From: Takakia lepidozioides
Taxonomy: Eukaryota > Plantae > Bryophyta
NCBI GenBank assembly: GCA_030704615.1
Contig: CM060731.1
Coordinates: forward strand, 90,644,001 to 90,708,000
Length of the DNA: 64,000 nt
Reading direction: 5' to 3'
In this document: positions 51,593 to 64,000 of the stretch, one piece after another
Position numbering within the stretch: position 1 is the first letter of the stretch
How the letters are laid out: the number at the start of each line of letters is the position of its first letter
Translations under genes and position numbers: made by a program
The notes under the pieces: model-generated
The model's database searches: none
Told to the model about the DNA's origin: nothing
What the model saw: only the letters and a program-made list of their open reading frames with translations

Positions 51593-51715
51593 ATGCGGAA
51601 CCTCAATGGGTTGCATTGTTCCGAAACAACACAATTGCGGCTTGTCTTAATGAGCACAACTTGGTTGTCTGACGGTTTTAACTAACAGTCCTGGCACTTG
51701 TCAGTGCGAACGTTC

Positions 51716-54700
51716 ATGTCTGCACCGAGAATACTGCTGGATCCACCCTCAGGAGAAACTGTCAGGAGATGTTATTTCGTCGCCGAATCGGCCATCATTG
51801 TCATACTTACTAGCTATGGAATTACACCTCCCACCTTCATGCATGTAGCTTGAAACAATACTTTCCACTTCAATGTGCGACTTCCAATCGTCGATGGACT
51901 CCGCAGATCCACTTACATGGTGCCTGTGAGCCTTTGGTCTGTCGTTATACTGAACCTCACACTTGCCAACTTCGTGCGGTCTTCGATGGCTCTGAATTCC
52001 TACGCTATAGTTTGTTGTCCTCCGCAATTTGGGAGAGCCTGGATCCAAACGAGGGAGGACTTTGCAGGGTGACTGAAACTTACCTTTGTTCCAAATTCAA
52101 GCTCAAACCGGGCAGAGTTTATTTGGAAGAAGAAAGGAAGGATATTCCTGGACAGGTTGACGAGACCATTGTTGTGCTAGGTAACGACGGAGGTTGCGGA
52201 ATTGAATGGCACGTACCCCCATCAGACACCATCCTGTACCGAGCTGTGGGAATGCCCATTCCCTTTCCGAATCAGTCGCTGCCCACACCATCCACAAAGG
52301 AGTCCGGAAACCGACAGGAAGCCACTGCCAACAGAGAGGTATGCAACGATAATCATTCCCGACCTAGACCGTCAAGACCCTCCATAGCTTCTCGTGTGGA
52401 CGTATTCGACATTTCCGACGAGGAAGATGAGTGCATTGAGGTCCCCATGTCCTCCACACGGTCGTTCAAATCCGACATGGATGTCTCTGCAGGTGCTATG
52501 CATGTACCCTCAAGCATAACTCCAACCCGGTCCATTGTGCAGCTCTTACGGCAACATCACCTCGATGGTTCTCGCTCCGAGCTGGCTGCTCTCGACTATG
52601 CCAAATTTCCAGTCAGGAAGGTAACGTATCTGCCTCCCGAAGTCGATGGCAATGTCATCTTTGAGTTTCCACCTGTTACTTCCTCAAACAAAGCCTCAGG
52701 GATGTTAACAGACATGGATCGAAAGCATGACGGACACCCCTGGTGTGTGACGAAGACCAGTAGCACGAAAATTGCTGATGGTGTTCGTGTACAATACGTC
52801 CTCTGTGCGGGGAAGCTGAGGTGCCTCAATCCCGCCTGCTTCCACTTTCTCTCCAAAGGAGGGCGGAGAAACGAGACGGATTGAACTGACACAACCCATC
52901 ATCCATTCATTGTCTCCAGCCAAGCTCCTGCAGGTACTTTCAAGTGCGCACATTGCAAAGAACCACCGACGTGCATGTCCATGTGCAAAGCCAAGCAATA
53001 TTACGTAATCCATTTGCTCCCGAACTTGACTAGAGCTTGCATACACGTTGGGGTCCACTTCCACCCCTTGGCGAGAGGCAACATGCGTGAGGCTGTGCAG
53101 GAAGCACACGACATCATAAAAGAGGAGGTGAAATTGAGCCCCGGAGCCAGACCAAAGCAGATTCAGCTGAAGGCAGCCCACAAGATTGCTCTTGGCAAAA
53201 TCATGTCTAAAGATGGTTCAGACCGCCCTTGAACGAAGAGGAGATGCTTGACCTGTTGGAGTCCGTCTCGCACGTTTGTAGTCCGAATGTGCGGAATCAC
53301 ATGGTATCTTGCAAGCAAGAGTTCGGCCGGGGGTCGGACATGCACTCAATCCTGGAGATGAAACGAATGACTGGATATGACTACATCCAAGGTAGCAGGT
53401 TTCCAGGGCAAGGCAGCGAATCCGATCGTTGTTATATTTTTAAAATGTCGACGTGTGGGCCTGGGAGTGGAGTCGACTTGGTCACTCGCATGACAACTGG
53501 AAACTTGTCGAATGCTTGGGTAATGTTTGATCACATCAAGCGAATTACAAACCATCAGTGGGTGACTATGGGTGCGCATGTTTATGACTATCACTCCAAG
53601 AGGCTCCTGACGATTGCAATCTGCGAGATGAAAGGGGAGGACACACAGTCGGAGATGCATTTGTGGGAGGGCATAAACGAGCAGATGGCAAGGGCGGGAT
53701 TGCCAGAGCCCAATTTCAGGGGATTCATGGCAGACAACGCTCAGGCCAACTGGGCAGCGGTTCGGCGTGTGTATGGTGAGGACCCCAATGTTCCAATGGA
53801 GGGGAAAGAGAGATCATGTGGATTCCATTGGATGCAGAGTCTATCTCACTACACTACCAAATTTGTTGCTAGCTCATTCCAGGCTGAACACCGTGTCCTT
53901 TGTACGGCGTGGAAAGATGCACCCACATTTGATGACACGGAGGTTAAGTTTGCTATCATCGAGGCTTGGTGGAACACGTCAGGTGCAGTGGAGACAACCA
54001 ATCTGGGAGCCTTGCACAGCTGGTTGGGGTGGTGGCATTTCCGGTATCGACAGTTCGGACAGGACATGCGAGATGTATGATGCTGTCATTTTCGTGCAAT
54101 TGTCTTTCTATGACGGACATTTCCATTGGTCCCTCACCATTGTTTGTGTCCTTGTAGGAGCGGTGCTTGGATTCCGACACGGACATGCCGAACACAAATA
54201 TGGCAGAATCAGTCCACTCCTCTTGGTGAGCATATTATGCCGCACATCTGGTGGACGTAGTGACGGCCACAACGGAGGACATCGACCGAGCAATCATGCA
54301 ACAAGCCACGTACTACAAGTTCCTGAGCGGGAAACAATGGGGCTTTGGGCCGGACAGGGAGGAATTGTTGGTACGAACAGCTTCGAGGTCGAAGAATCCA
54401 CTGAAATGGGCGACAACATTGCGAGAGAAGATCAAAGGGACGCCTCTGCACCGCAGAAGTGAACACCTAGAGGGGGACGTCCGTACTCGCCCTGTGAGGC
54501 GGAGGATTGAAGAGGAACCCGGGTGCGAGGAATATTCTTGGAGATCCGACAGGAACATTCGGACAGCACCTCGAGGTCCCGTCATGTTGCCGCACAATGT
54601 GTCTTCCAGCAGTGGAAGCCCAAGAAATTCCAGATCGTCATCGCCTTCAAACGGGGATTCCGTGCGAGAAATTCCCACCGCTCGCTTGCCCCAGATTCCG

Positions 54701-55482
54701 CCCGCTATTATGCAGTATGGCCAAGCCATTGTGGAGACGACTGTGTCTGCGTCACAGTGGAGAATTGCTCGCACAAAGCCGTCGTTTCGAGGCAGGTGTT
54801 CCGCAATTCGAGTGGATACACGGCAACATTGTTTAGAGATGATAAGGAGGAATCCAGATGGGGTTGTCCCTGCTCCTACTTTTACAGGAAGATTTGTCCA
54901 TGCAAAGTTTGCGGAGGCGACACCCTCCCAGTTCTGGTTCTGCAGGCACGACATTATGACTTGCGTGTATGGAAAGCCCAAGTACGGCATACAAACTGAC
55001 GTCCCCAGACAACCATTTCCGCTTCCACAGCCTCCACCACCGACCCTGTGAGAACAAGAACAATGGGACACGACAACTCTAAGCATCCTACACATCGTTG
55101 GGGGAAACCGAAGAGGCGGCATTCTCCCTCAAAAGTGAACGAGACAAGGATGGAGAATGCACTTCGGATGAATTGTACAATCCAGAGCTCGACAGAAGTG
55201 CCCCCACCAGGCTTTGGGCGTGTGTATCAGATGGCCACGGCAGGCTCAGCTGTTCGCAATGAGGTGTACACCATCACCATTTCAGAATTACCCACCTGCA
55301 ATTGCACCGACTTCCAGATCATGGCGAACAAGGGGGCATCATACTGCCCTTGCAAGCATCTGTACTACGTGTACCTAAAGAGACTCCAGTGTAATTCCAC
55401 AACTCATCACTTCATACATGCACCAGGGTTGAGCCCCCAAGAGGTGCACACTCTTCTGAATATGGATCCAGGGGACCGGTGA
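51716..55482 (+). pseudogene. MULE transposase, copy 2: GCM-like ZnF, DDE core, SWIM
   Basis: DGHPW..CAGKLRCLNPAC..CAHC..C..HVGVHFHP; VMFD, FMAD, CGFH; intron ~54074-54158 then NMAES; SWIM CNCTDF..CKH. Stops and frameshifts present; start approximate. Confidence 0.9.
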
Positions 55483-56973
55483 GCTTGGCTTGCGGTCCCC
55501 AACCATGGTACGCCCATCCTTTTCGGAGTTTCAGTTGTAGTAGAACTGTACTGCTGCAAGTACCTCTGAGTCTGGCCACAGAAAGGTCAGACTTATGTCT
55601 TGCCTACCAGTAACCTGTTTTGCTCGAACTAAGATAATACTATGTCATTTACTTCTGTTTCTACGTGCTTGTATTTTTGTTTGTTGGAGGGTTCCTGTTT
55701 TTCTGCTCTCTCAAACTTTGCTTTCCTCATTCGACCCCCGGCAAGGAAATGCGGCGCCGCATTTCCAAGTAACGTCGTAGGTACTGGTAGATGCGGCCTT
55801 CGTCATAGCAAGATAGTCGCACCCAGCCTTCAGGGAGCCGACCGTCGCCAACACCAAACTCCCCAAAAATTTCGCACATGCGAGCCCTAATGCGGCACCG
55901 CATTTCCCAGTTGAGTCGCAAATCTTTCCCGCCGAATACCTGAAAATGACAGAATTGTGAAGTACTGCAGACTCTATTGGTGCAGACTCTATTGGTGCTG
56001 ACTCTATTGGTTCAATCGCGGCAGAAGGGTTAGCTTCACTCCAATGTTAAGGCATGTAAAACCGCGGAATACTCTATACAGGCCAGTATGCGACATCTTT
56101 TTGCCGTGGTATACTGGATTTCTCGTTGCACGGTCAATCATTTCCATGAGCGGATCTAAAAAACCATGAGCGGACTTGTTACTGACGACATATCTTCGCC
56201 GCATTACAGGATGTGGAACTTCCAAAAACGGCAAGGTCAAATAAAAAAATAAATTATTTTAATACTTGTTTAATCTGCCGCATTTCCAAATTTGGAGGAG
56301 TCCGCTCATGAAATCCGCGTGTCTTAGACTTCGGCTCACCGCTCATGCGGCTCATGCCTCATGGTTTCTGCTCATGAAATAGTAAACCTCGAAATATGCA
56401 TCCAGAACTATCCCCTGCGAGCAGCCCATCCTTGTGTCTCCCTGATGTTTTTGTCTGTTCTATCCTTGCTTGTGGTTTGGTTATCAGCCTCCAGTGTTGA
56501 TGTCGATGGATTACTTTTAGCCTGTACCTCATTCTGCTTAATCTAACTTGGAGGAAGACAACACAAACGACATTATGCTCTCCCCTAATTTGACTTCCAT
56601 ACCTCAGGCAAATCTAGCTCTTTGCAATTCTAGTAGACCCTGAGCTAGTATGAGTGTAGACGCCTATAGCGTCCATTATTTTCTTTTTGTTCCTCACAAA
56701 ACTGGATACAGGTTCGATGGCCACAAGCCTAAAGCACTGAGCAAACAATGCTTATGAGTACGTTATCTCTGTATCTGTCAGACAGGACTCAACACCGCCA
56801 TGAAAATCCGTTCAGAGAGTTCAAGAAGCTTCGGACAACTCAAGAACTCATTGTCGGTTTTTTCGGGCAGTCCGGGCAGGTTCAAAAACTTTGACGACAA
56901 TGATGATGTGGCACTTTGGCACCCTATTCCTGCTAAAACTAGTCTCCGACCTTTAGTCCTCGTTAGAATTATA

Positions 56974-59695
56974 CTAGGGTAGCCTGTGCCGTTGGCCCAA
57001 GTGTCCAATGTCATTTAAGTCCAAGTGCAATCCCCTATGTATCCAAGTGCGTCTCCTATGTTGAGGCCCAAATGCGACCTCTAGGGTAGCCTCTACGGTT
57101 GGCCCAAGTGTCCAGTGTCATCTAAGCCCAAGTGTAAGATCTTCTATGTATCCCAGTGCGTCTCCTATGTCGAGGCCCAAGTGCGATCTCTAGTGTAGCT
57201 TATGCCGTTTGGCCCATATGTGAAGAATTGAAATCTAAGACCAAGTGTAATTTCCTATGTATATAAGTGCGTCTCCTATGTCGAGGCCCATCTAAGCCCA
57301 AGTGCAATCTTCTATTCATGTATCCAAGTGCATCTCCCATGTAGAGCCCCAATTGTCCATTGTCATCTAAGCCCAAGTCCAATCTCCTATGTATCTAGTG
57401 CAATTTCCTATATTGTATCCAAGTGCGTCTCCTATGTCAAGGCCCAAGTGCAACCTCTAGGCCCTAGGGTAGCCTGTCCCGTTGGCCCAAGTGTCCAATG
57501 TCATCTAAGCCCAAGTGCGACCTCTAGGGTAGCCTATGCCGTTGGCCCAAGTGTCCAGTGTCATCTAAGTCCAAGTGCAATCCCCTATGTATCAAAGTGC
57601 GTCTCCTATGTAGAGGCCCAAATGCAACCTCTAGGGTAGCATTTGCCGTTGGCCCAAGTGTCCACTGTCATCTAGGCCCAAGTGTAAGATCTCATATGTA
57701 TCCTACTGTGTTCCTATGTCGAGGCCCAAGCGCGACCTCTAGGGTAGCCTGTGCAGTTGGCCCAAGTGTCCAGTGTCATCTAAGCCCAAGTGTAAGATCT
57801 TTTATGTATCCCAGTGCGTCTCCTATGTCGAGGCCCAAGTGTGATCTCTAGTGTAGCCTATGCCGTTTGGCCCATATGTGAAGAATTGAAATCTAATACC
57901 AAATGTGATTTCCTATGTATATAAGTGCGTCTCCTATGTCGAGGCCCATCTAAATCCAAGTGCAATCTTCTATTCATGTATCCAAGTGCATCTCCCATGT
58001 AGAGCCCCAATTGTCCACTGTCATCTAAGCCCAAGTCCAATCTCCTATTTATCCAGTGCAATTTCCTATGTATCCAAGTGCGTCTCCTATGTTGAGGCCC
58101 AAGTGCAACCTCTAGGCCTTAGGGTAGCCTATGCCGTTGGCCCAAGTGTCAAATGTCATCTAAGTCATCTAAGTCTAATCAGTTTTTTTCCACAGAGCCT
58201 ACGACCAGATTTGAACCGGAGACCTTTCCCTTGATATCTCTCCCGTCGAGGCTCCAACCATTGTCCTAGGAATGCCCACTTTGCCATTTTTGCTATTTTT
58301 CCTGAATTTTCAGCGACCAAAAGTACTTGCACATCTCCCACACCGCGGGTCCAAAGATTGTGAAATCGAGCCCGTGCACCCCTCCTCGTCGAGGGCTTTC
58401 CGACAGTACCAAGCACTAGCGTCGGGGCCTTGCGGTTTCGGACATCTCAACGTGACAAAACAAAACAAAACAAACAAACTGGCTTCCTTCATAGATTGAC
58501 TAGGGTAGCCTGTGCCATTGGCCCAAGTGTCCAGTGTGCAAAGTGCAATCCCTATGTATCCGAGTGCGTCTCCTATGTTGAGGCCCATGTGTGAAGAATT
58601 GAAATCTAAGCCCAATTGCAATATCCTATGTATCCAAGTACTTCTCCCATGTAGAGGCCCAAGTGCGACCTCCAGTGTTCAATGTCATCTAAGCCCAAGT
58701 GCAATCCCATATGTATCCAAGTGGGTCTCCTATGTTGCCCCAAATGCGACCTCTAGGGTAGCCCGTGCCGTTGGCCAAAGTGTCTAGTGTCATCTAAGTC
58801 CAAGTGCAATCCCCTATGTATCAAAGTGCGTCTCCTATGTCGAGGCCCAAATGCAACCTCTAGGGTAGCCTTTGCCGTTGGCCCAAGTGTCCAATGTCAT
58901 CTAAGTCCAAGTGCAATCCTCTCTATATCCAAGTGTCGAGGCCCAAATGCGACCTCTAGGGTAGCATGTGCCGCGGGCCCAATTGTCAAGTGTCATCTAA
59001 ATCCAAGTGTAAGATCTTCTATGTATCCCAGTGTGTCTCCTATGTCGAGGCCCAAGCGACCTCTAGGATAGCCTGTACATTTGGCCCATGTGTGAAGAAT
59101 TGAAAATCTAAGACAAAGTGCAATTTCCTATGTATCCAATGCGTCTCCTATGTCAAGGCCCAAATGCGACCTCTAGGGTAGCCTGTGCCGTTGGCCCAAG
59201 TGTCAAGTGTCATCTAGGCCCAAGTGTCAAGTATCATCCAAGCCCAAGTGCAATCTCCTATGTATGCAAGTACGTCTCCTATGTCGAGGCCCAAGTGCGA
59301 CCTCTAGGGTAGCTTTTGCCGTTGGCCCAAGGGTCCAATGTCATCTAAGTCCAAATGCATTTTTTTCCCACAGAGCCTACGACCAGATTTGAACCGGAGA
59401 CCTTTCCCTTGATATCTCTCCCGTCGAGGCTCCAACCATTGTCCCAGGAATGCCCACTTTGCCATTTTTGCTATTTTTTGTGAATTTCCAGCGACCAAAA
59501 GTACTTGGAATTCCGTATCTCCCACACCACAGGTCCAAAAGTCATGAGACCAAGCTGGTGCACCCCTCCTCCTCGAGGGCTTTCCAACGGTACCAAGCAC
59601 CAGCGCGGGGCCTCGCGGTTTGGGACATCTCAACGCTACAAAACAAAACAAAACAAAACAAACAAACAAACAAACAAACAAACATCTCGCTTCAG
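56974..59695 (-). mobile_element. Two head-to-tail non-autonomous Helitron-like elements with tandemly amplified 3' ends (~105-bp units)
   Basis: On the minus strand: A|TC start at 58495, imperfect hairpin CCTGTGCC-GTT-GGCCCAAG next to CTAG|T at 56974. A second unit ends at 58500. (AAAC)n microsatellite near the 5' end. Confidence 0.72.
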
Positions 59696-59799
59696 AATCA
59701 TAAAATATATTTCCAATCAAAATGAAATAAATGTTGAACTTTTTGTAAAACTTGATTTTATTTATTTGTTTTTATTTTTTGGTAGATAACAGGGACTTT

Positions 59800-60860
59800 G
59801 CCTTGGAAGCTTTATTTATGTTTATTTTTGGTGGGGAAAAAAGTAAAACCCCTAAAAGTACCATGAAGGTATACACACCGTAGACAATGAAGGGCGACTC
59901 GACCTCCTATTGGAGAATTCCAAAAAATTAGGGCATTATGCCTAATGTAGTGCTGAGCGAGTAGCTCACCCAGGGAGCTTCTATCAAGCAACAGTCTAAG
60001 AGCAAGTGTAGGTCTTGCCAGCAGAGGTAGAGTCCTAACGAAGAGCTTGATGATGACTACTACTCTACTGCTATCGATTTGCTCTTGGAATGTCAACGGA
60101 ACTTGAGTCTCGCAGCTGACTTGATGTGGTGCCAGTTAATGTCTCTATCAAATTCGGGGGAGAGTGTGGATGGGCGTTCTGAGCCCCCTCCAGGCGACTG
60201 GTGGGCTGGCAGCCCAGTTGCATTCACTTGGTGAAGTGGTAGTGCAGATGTGCCCTTGCTTGCCCCAGGACGATCTGAAGTCTGCATGCAGGTTGGCTGC
60301 TTGTTGAGGGTGTCTGTCCATTTCTGCACACAGTTTTATCCATGCCTTTCTAGCATCAATCTGCAAATCCCAGAATATGTGAGCTAATACTCCGGATAGT
60401 GACAAAGTTTCACCAAAGAGTGACCAGGAGCAGCGTACTCTCCATAGTTGCCATAGTGTAGAAACCCGGAGGCTTTCAAAGATTGGGCAATGAATGGATT
60501 TCGATTTGGAAGTTGTGTCATAGTTTAAAAGTAATGTGAGTGGCGTCTGTGGTTGGGTATCCCAGATGGTGTAAAAAGCTTTTATGATTCTCCAGATTGA
60601 TTCTAGGCCCTGGCACGAGAGAAGGCAGTGTTCTAAAGATTCTAGCACTCATGCGGAGCAGCATGAGCATGAAAGAGCGCTCTGGAATTGAAGCCATTCT
60701 CCCACCTTGAGCACTCTATTGGCAATTTGCCATAGGAATGCAGACATTTTTGTGTACCTAACAAAGGGCGACTGTCCGGGACAAATGGTAATCCTCCTTC
60801 TCTTGCCTGCTTCATTTCAAGTGCAAGTTCACCCCTCCAGAATTGAGTGCGTTGACCTAA
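59800..60860 (-). mobile_element. LINE (L1-like) 3' fragment
   Basis: ESLEHCLLSC zinc knuckle and LWQLWRVRC motif, followed by an A-rich tail. Confidence 0.75.
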
Positions 60861-61106
60861 AATGGTTCTCGTGATGTGGCGAGTGTCACACATATTGTGT
60901 CCGTACAAAATTTTGTAATAAATGGCTGCATAGGAAAGTGTGTTCTTGATAATGTCGTTGAACGAAGGTTTCTCAATTTCATGGCTTGTATGCATTTGCA
61001 ACATTGGCTTCTATCTGGATTTAAGTCTGTCTGGCAATCTGCATGAGCCAAGGGTTTAGGTGCAAGCCTTGGGGATGATGTATGTATGCACTCTCGGGTT
61101 GATCAG

Positions 61107-61243
61107 CGCAAGTTCAAGGGCACCACACTGATGCCTAACATTGGTTATGGGTCAAATAGGAAGACAATGCATGTGCTGCCAAGTGGTTTCGTCAAATTTT
61201 TGTTGCACAATGTGAAAGACCTAGAACTCCTCCTCATGCACAA
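61107..61243 (+). pseudogene. RPL32: 60S ribosomal protein L32 fragment
   Basis: [45 protein letters not shown]; no flanking exons. Confidence 0.88.
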
Positions 61244-62613
61244 GACCTGGAACTCCTCATAATTTGTGATGTTTGTGCAAACGACATTGATCGTTGTGCT
61301 TGGTTTAGATAAATGTTAGAATGATATCCTCGTTCAACATTCATCCACTCTCTCCTTCATCCATGATATTTCATCCACGTTCGTCTCTCTATCCAATCTG
61401 GAGGTTCGATGCTAATGTTAGGCTTGCATCGAAGTTTCACCTGCTGTGGGCAAGCCTCGACTTCTTTGAGTTGGGGGATGTTTCCGCGTGAGCGCAGCTA
61501 GGCTCACACCACGTCAGCAGTTCTTGCCACGTTGGCTCTCGGGTCTGACTCCACGTCAGCAGACCTCGCCAGCGTGGTTGGTACCATGTCACGTCAACCC
61601 ACGTCATTTCCATAGGGACGGGCCTATAACCGCGGACCGAATAGGCAGAAGGGGGCCTATAGCCGCAGACTTGCGCATTTGGCACATAGGGAACCATATA
61701 CATGTGGGCGACGAGGCGAAGTGCAGAAGAAAGCTTATATTGAATGTTGCTGAGTGTTTGCAGAAACCGAATATAGCCCGCCCGGTAGGGAGGCAGATAA
61801 CAATCGTAGAACACATACGCATGTAAATCGAAGAGAAAATAAACGAGAAAGGGCTTAAAAAGCATGAGGAAGAGGCGAGTCATACTGGGAGGGAAGAGAG
61901 AAGCAAAGATGTTGAAGGGCTGTTGGGCAGTGCTAGAAGCCACAGAACGAGCTATGGCGAGAGATGGAGCTAAACACGAAGCAAAGGGTAATTTAGTGGA
62001 ACCGCTACATAAAGGAGTAAAGACCGAGAAAAATGCGAAAAGATGGTGAAACCCTATAGATTTAGTGATGGCTAGGAAATTTAGCGGAAACTGGCGGCGG
62101 GAAGGCGCCTTCCCCCAGGAACTATCCTTCCTACACATACCTTTTAAAGTAAAGTATATACATATAATGACATGGCACATCAAGTCATTGGAATTACTGT
62201 AGTTACGACTACGATTTGACGTGGTATTTGAATTATAATTATATATAATTATATATATACACCTTATATAATTACGTGGAAATTACAGTCATAATAATCA
62301 CTTCACATACAACTCCATAAATGTTGATTAATAAGGCACAATTATATTATATTATGACGTGTAATATTGAGTCATTGAAACTACTTAGCATACAATTGAC
62401 AGATTATGATTTAATGCTGACTTGGCCAACTTTGATACTTAGTGATTAGTAGTTGATTTGGGAGTGGTGTCTATGACTCAAGTGCTTACAATCACTATGG
62501 TTGTAGTGCCTACAATCACTTGTGACAATAAAGGTAATTCCAGAATGGCGAAGGACCCGGAATTTGGGAAGGGGGGCTGCCAGGCAGCTACAAAAAATTG
62601 TGGACATTAATAA

Positions 62614-63420
62614 TTAATCATCATATTCATCTTCCTCCTCTTCCTCCTCGGTATTAGGACGCACAACAATGTCTCTAAGACTTATTCTTGCTTGAAGAGT
62701 CTCTTCCGCATTAAGGTCAAGCGCATCTTGTAAAGATGCTTCTTGTACCACATTTGGAAGATGAGTAGGTTCCATCAAACCTATAAAATCTGCATTCTCA
62801 TCTAGATTCACCTCATTGATTTCAGCCACAACTCGTTTAGCTCATGGATCTTTATGAAGCACCACCTTCCATCCCGGCTTGGTGGTTTCATCGGAAAAGA
62901 ACACTTGTTCTACTTGGGCTAGAAAGATAAAAGGCTCATGATGCTCTGGTAACAGCCTTCTGAAATCAACGGAAAGAAACCCATATTCATCTCGCACCAT
63001 GGTGGCATTGTCTCCCACCATATTGGCTCTCACCCATGAGCAACGGAATACAATGGGCTGTAAAAGACCATAATCTACATTGAGAATTTCCTTTATCACT
63101 CCAACATATTGCAAAGGAGATGTAATAGGATTACGATCTCGTGCACTACTCCTACCCTCATGTTGAAAATTGAGGCGACGCCACTATCAAAAGTTACGTT
63201 CAGACGGGAGGCTTCATCATCCACACGATAATGATTGCCATAGGCTTTCATTGAGCAATATGAATATCAGTGGCTGTCAATGAAGGGGGAAATGATAGAT
63301 ATACCATATCTTTGTTGTCCACTTCATTCTCCCTTGCAAATGCACTTACCCGGGCTCTAACCCAAGCTGGAAAGAACTCCAACCCATTCATTGTTGAGGG
63401 ATACTCAATGGGGAGTGCAC
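62614..63420 (-). mobile_element. CACTA transposase C-terminal fragment (DUF4216-like)
   Basis: YVGVIKEILNVDYG...FRCSWV...DEYGF..VDF....EPFIFLAQVEQVFF...GWKVV. Confidence 0.85.
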
Positions 63421-64000
63421 GTGTGGATCGGTTTCGTCTCCATGAAATTGTGAATGCATCATCGCACGTTTTATTATACGCTCCTTCTCTGCTGCATATG
63501 TGCTGACCACAACAAAACATAATGAAAACCAGTCTATATATAAAGAACCCTTGAAAAAGGAGGACATAATAATCCTAAGTCCTCTTAATAAATCTGTAGT
63601 GGCTACTCAGTGATTGAAATGACTTGAGTCCACTCACACGTAGAGCCATATGACCTTTTGCAACGATACCTTCAGTAAGACATTGGTGAGCTTTTATTCA
63701 TATATAACTTAAATCATTGTATGCATTGCAAGCAAAATGACATTCTGGAATTATTTTTACTGGCATGAGTAAAACTTACGACTACATGTCATGTCTACGA
63801 CTCATACAAGGACTCATGTAGTCATTAACACTACTACCAGTCATCTTAGTAGTAGTATTGATGACTCGTGCCGGTAAAGGTAATTCCAGAATGGTGAAAT
63901 CCCATGCAAATGCAAGAGGGGGGGGGGGGCACCTTCCAATATGGTAAGTCCCATAGAATTGATCTCCTCTTTACCCCATACCTTTAAGTGTTCTTCTTCT

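Larger units (their letters stand above)
43412..56390 (+). mobile_element. Full-length 12,979-bp Mutator-like element with cargo (copy 2)
   Basis: 10-bp TSD GAAATATGCA at 43402-43411 and 56391-56400. Imperfect TIR GGGGGCTGCTATTTCATGAGC / GCTCATGAAATAGTAAACCTC with subterminal CATGAGC repeats. MULE transposase inside. Confidence 0.93.

Noticed and set aside
58190-58270. Functional tRNA gene
   Set aside because: A/B boxes are present but no convincing cloverleaf, and it is repeated as part of a mobile element.
57200-59720. ORFs across the tandem repeat region
   Set aside because: Artefacts of the ~105-bp repeat units.

Overview
TE-dense eukaryotic DNA, most likely from a land plant and probably a non-seed lineage (PLS-type PPR fragment, chloroplast rhomboid gene, chromodomain Ty3/gypsy elements). 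Host genes: an RBL11-like rhomboid (+, ~29.7-34.3 kb) and the last three exons of an SYP61-like Qc-SNARE (-, 35.4-36.4 kb). There are also orphan fragments of HCF101, RPL32, a PPR gene and 26S rRNA, plus gypsy, LINE, CACTA, hAT, pogo and Helitron remnants. The standout is a 12,979-bp Mutator-like (MULE) DNA transposon at 43412-56390, bounded by imperfect TIRs and a perfect 10-bp TSD (GAAATATGCA). It encodes (i) a GCM-type zinc-finger/DDE/SWIM transposase, (ii) a divergently oriented, intron-containing gene fusing a ParB/Srx-like domain to a prokaryote-type beta-class amino (N4C/N6A) DNA methyltransferase-like domain, and (iii) a head-to-head pair of paralogous orphan ORFs. It also carries arrays of a 22-bp palindrome (GGAAATGCGGCGCCGCATTTCC) repeated at an exact 53-bp period with variable spacers. 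A left-truncated second copy (~20.4-28.1 kb) keeps the 53-bp period with different spacers and holds a different orphan ORF inside its array. Both copies are decayed (stops, frameshifts). All domain calls are by-eye motif recognition; no database searches were run.
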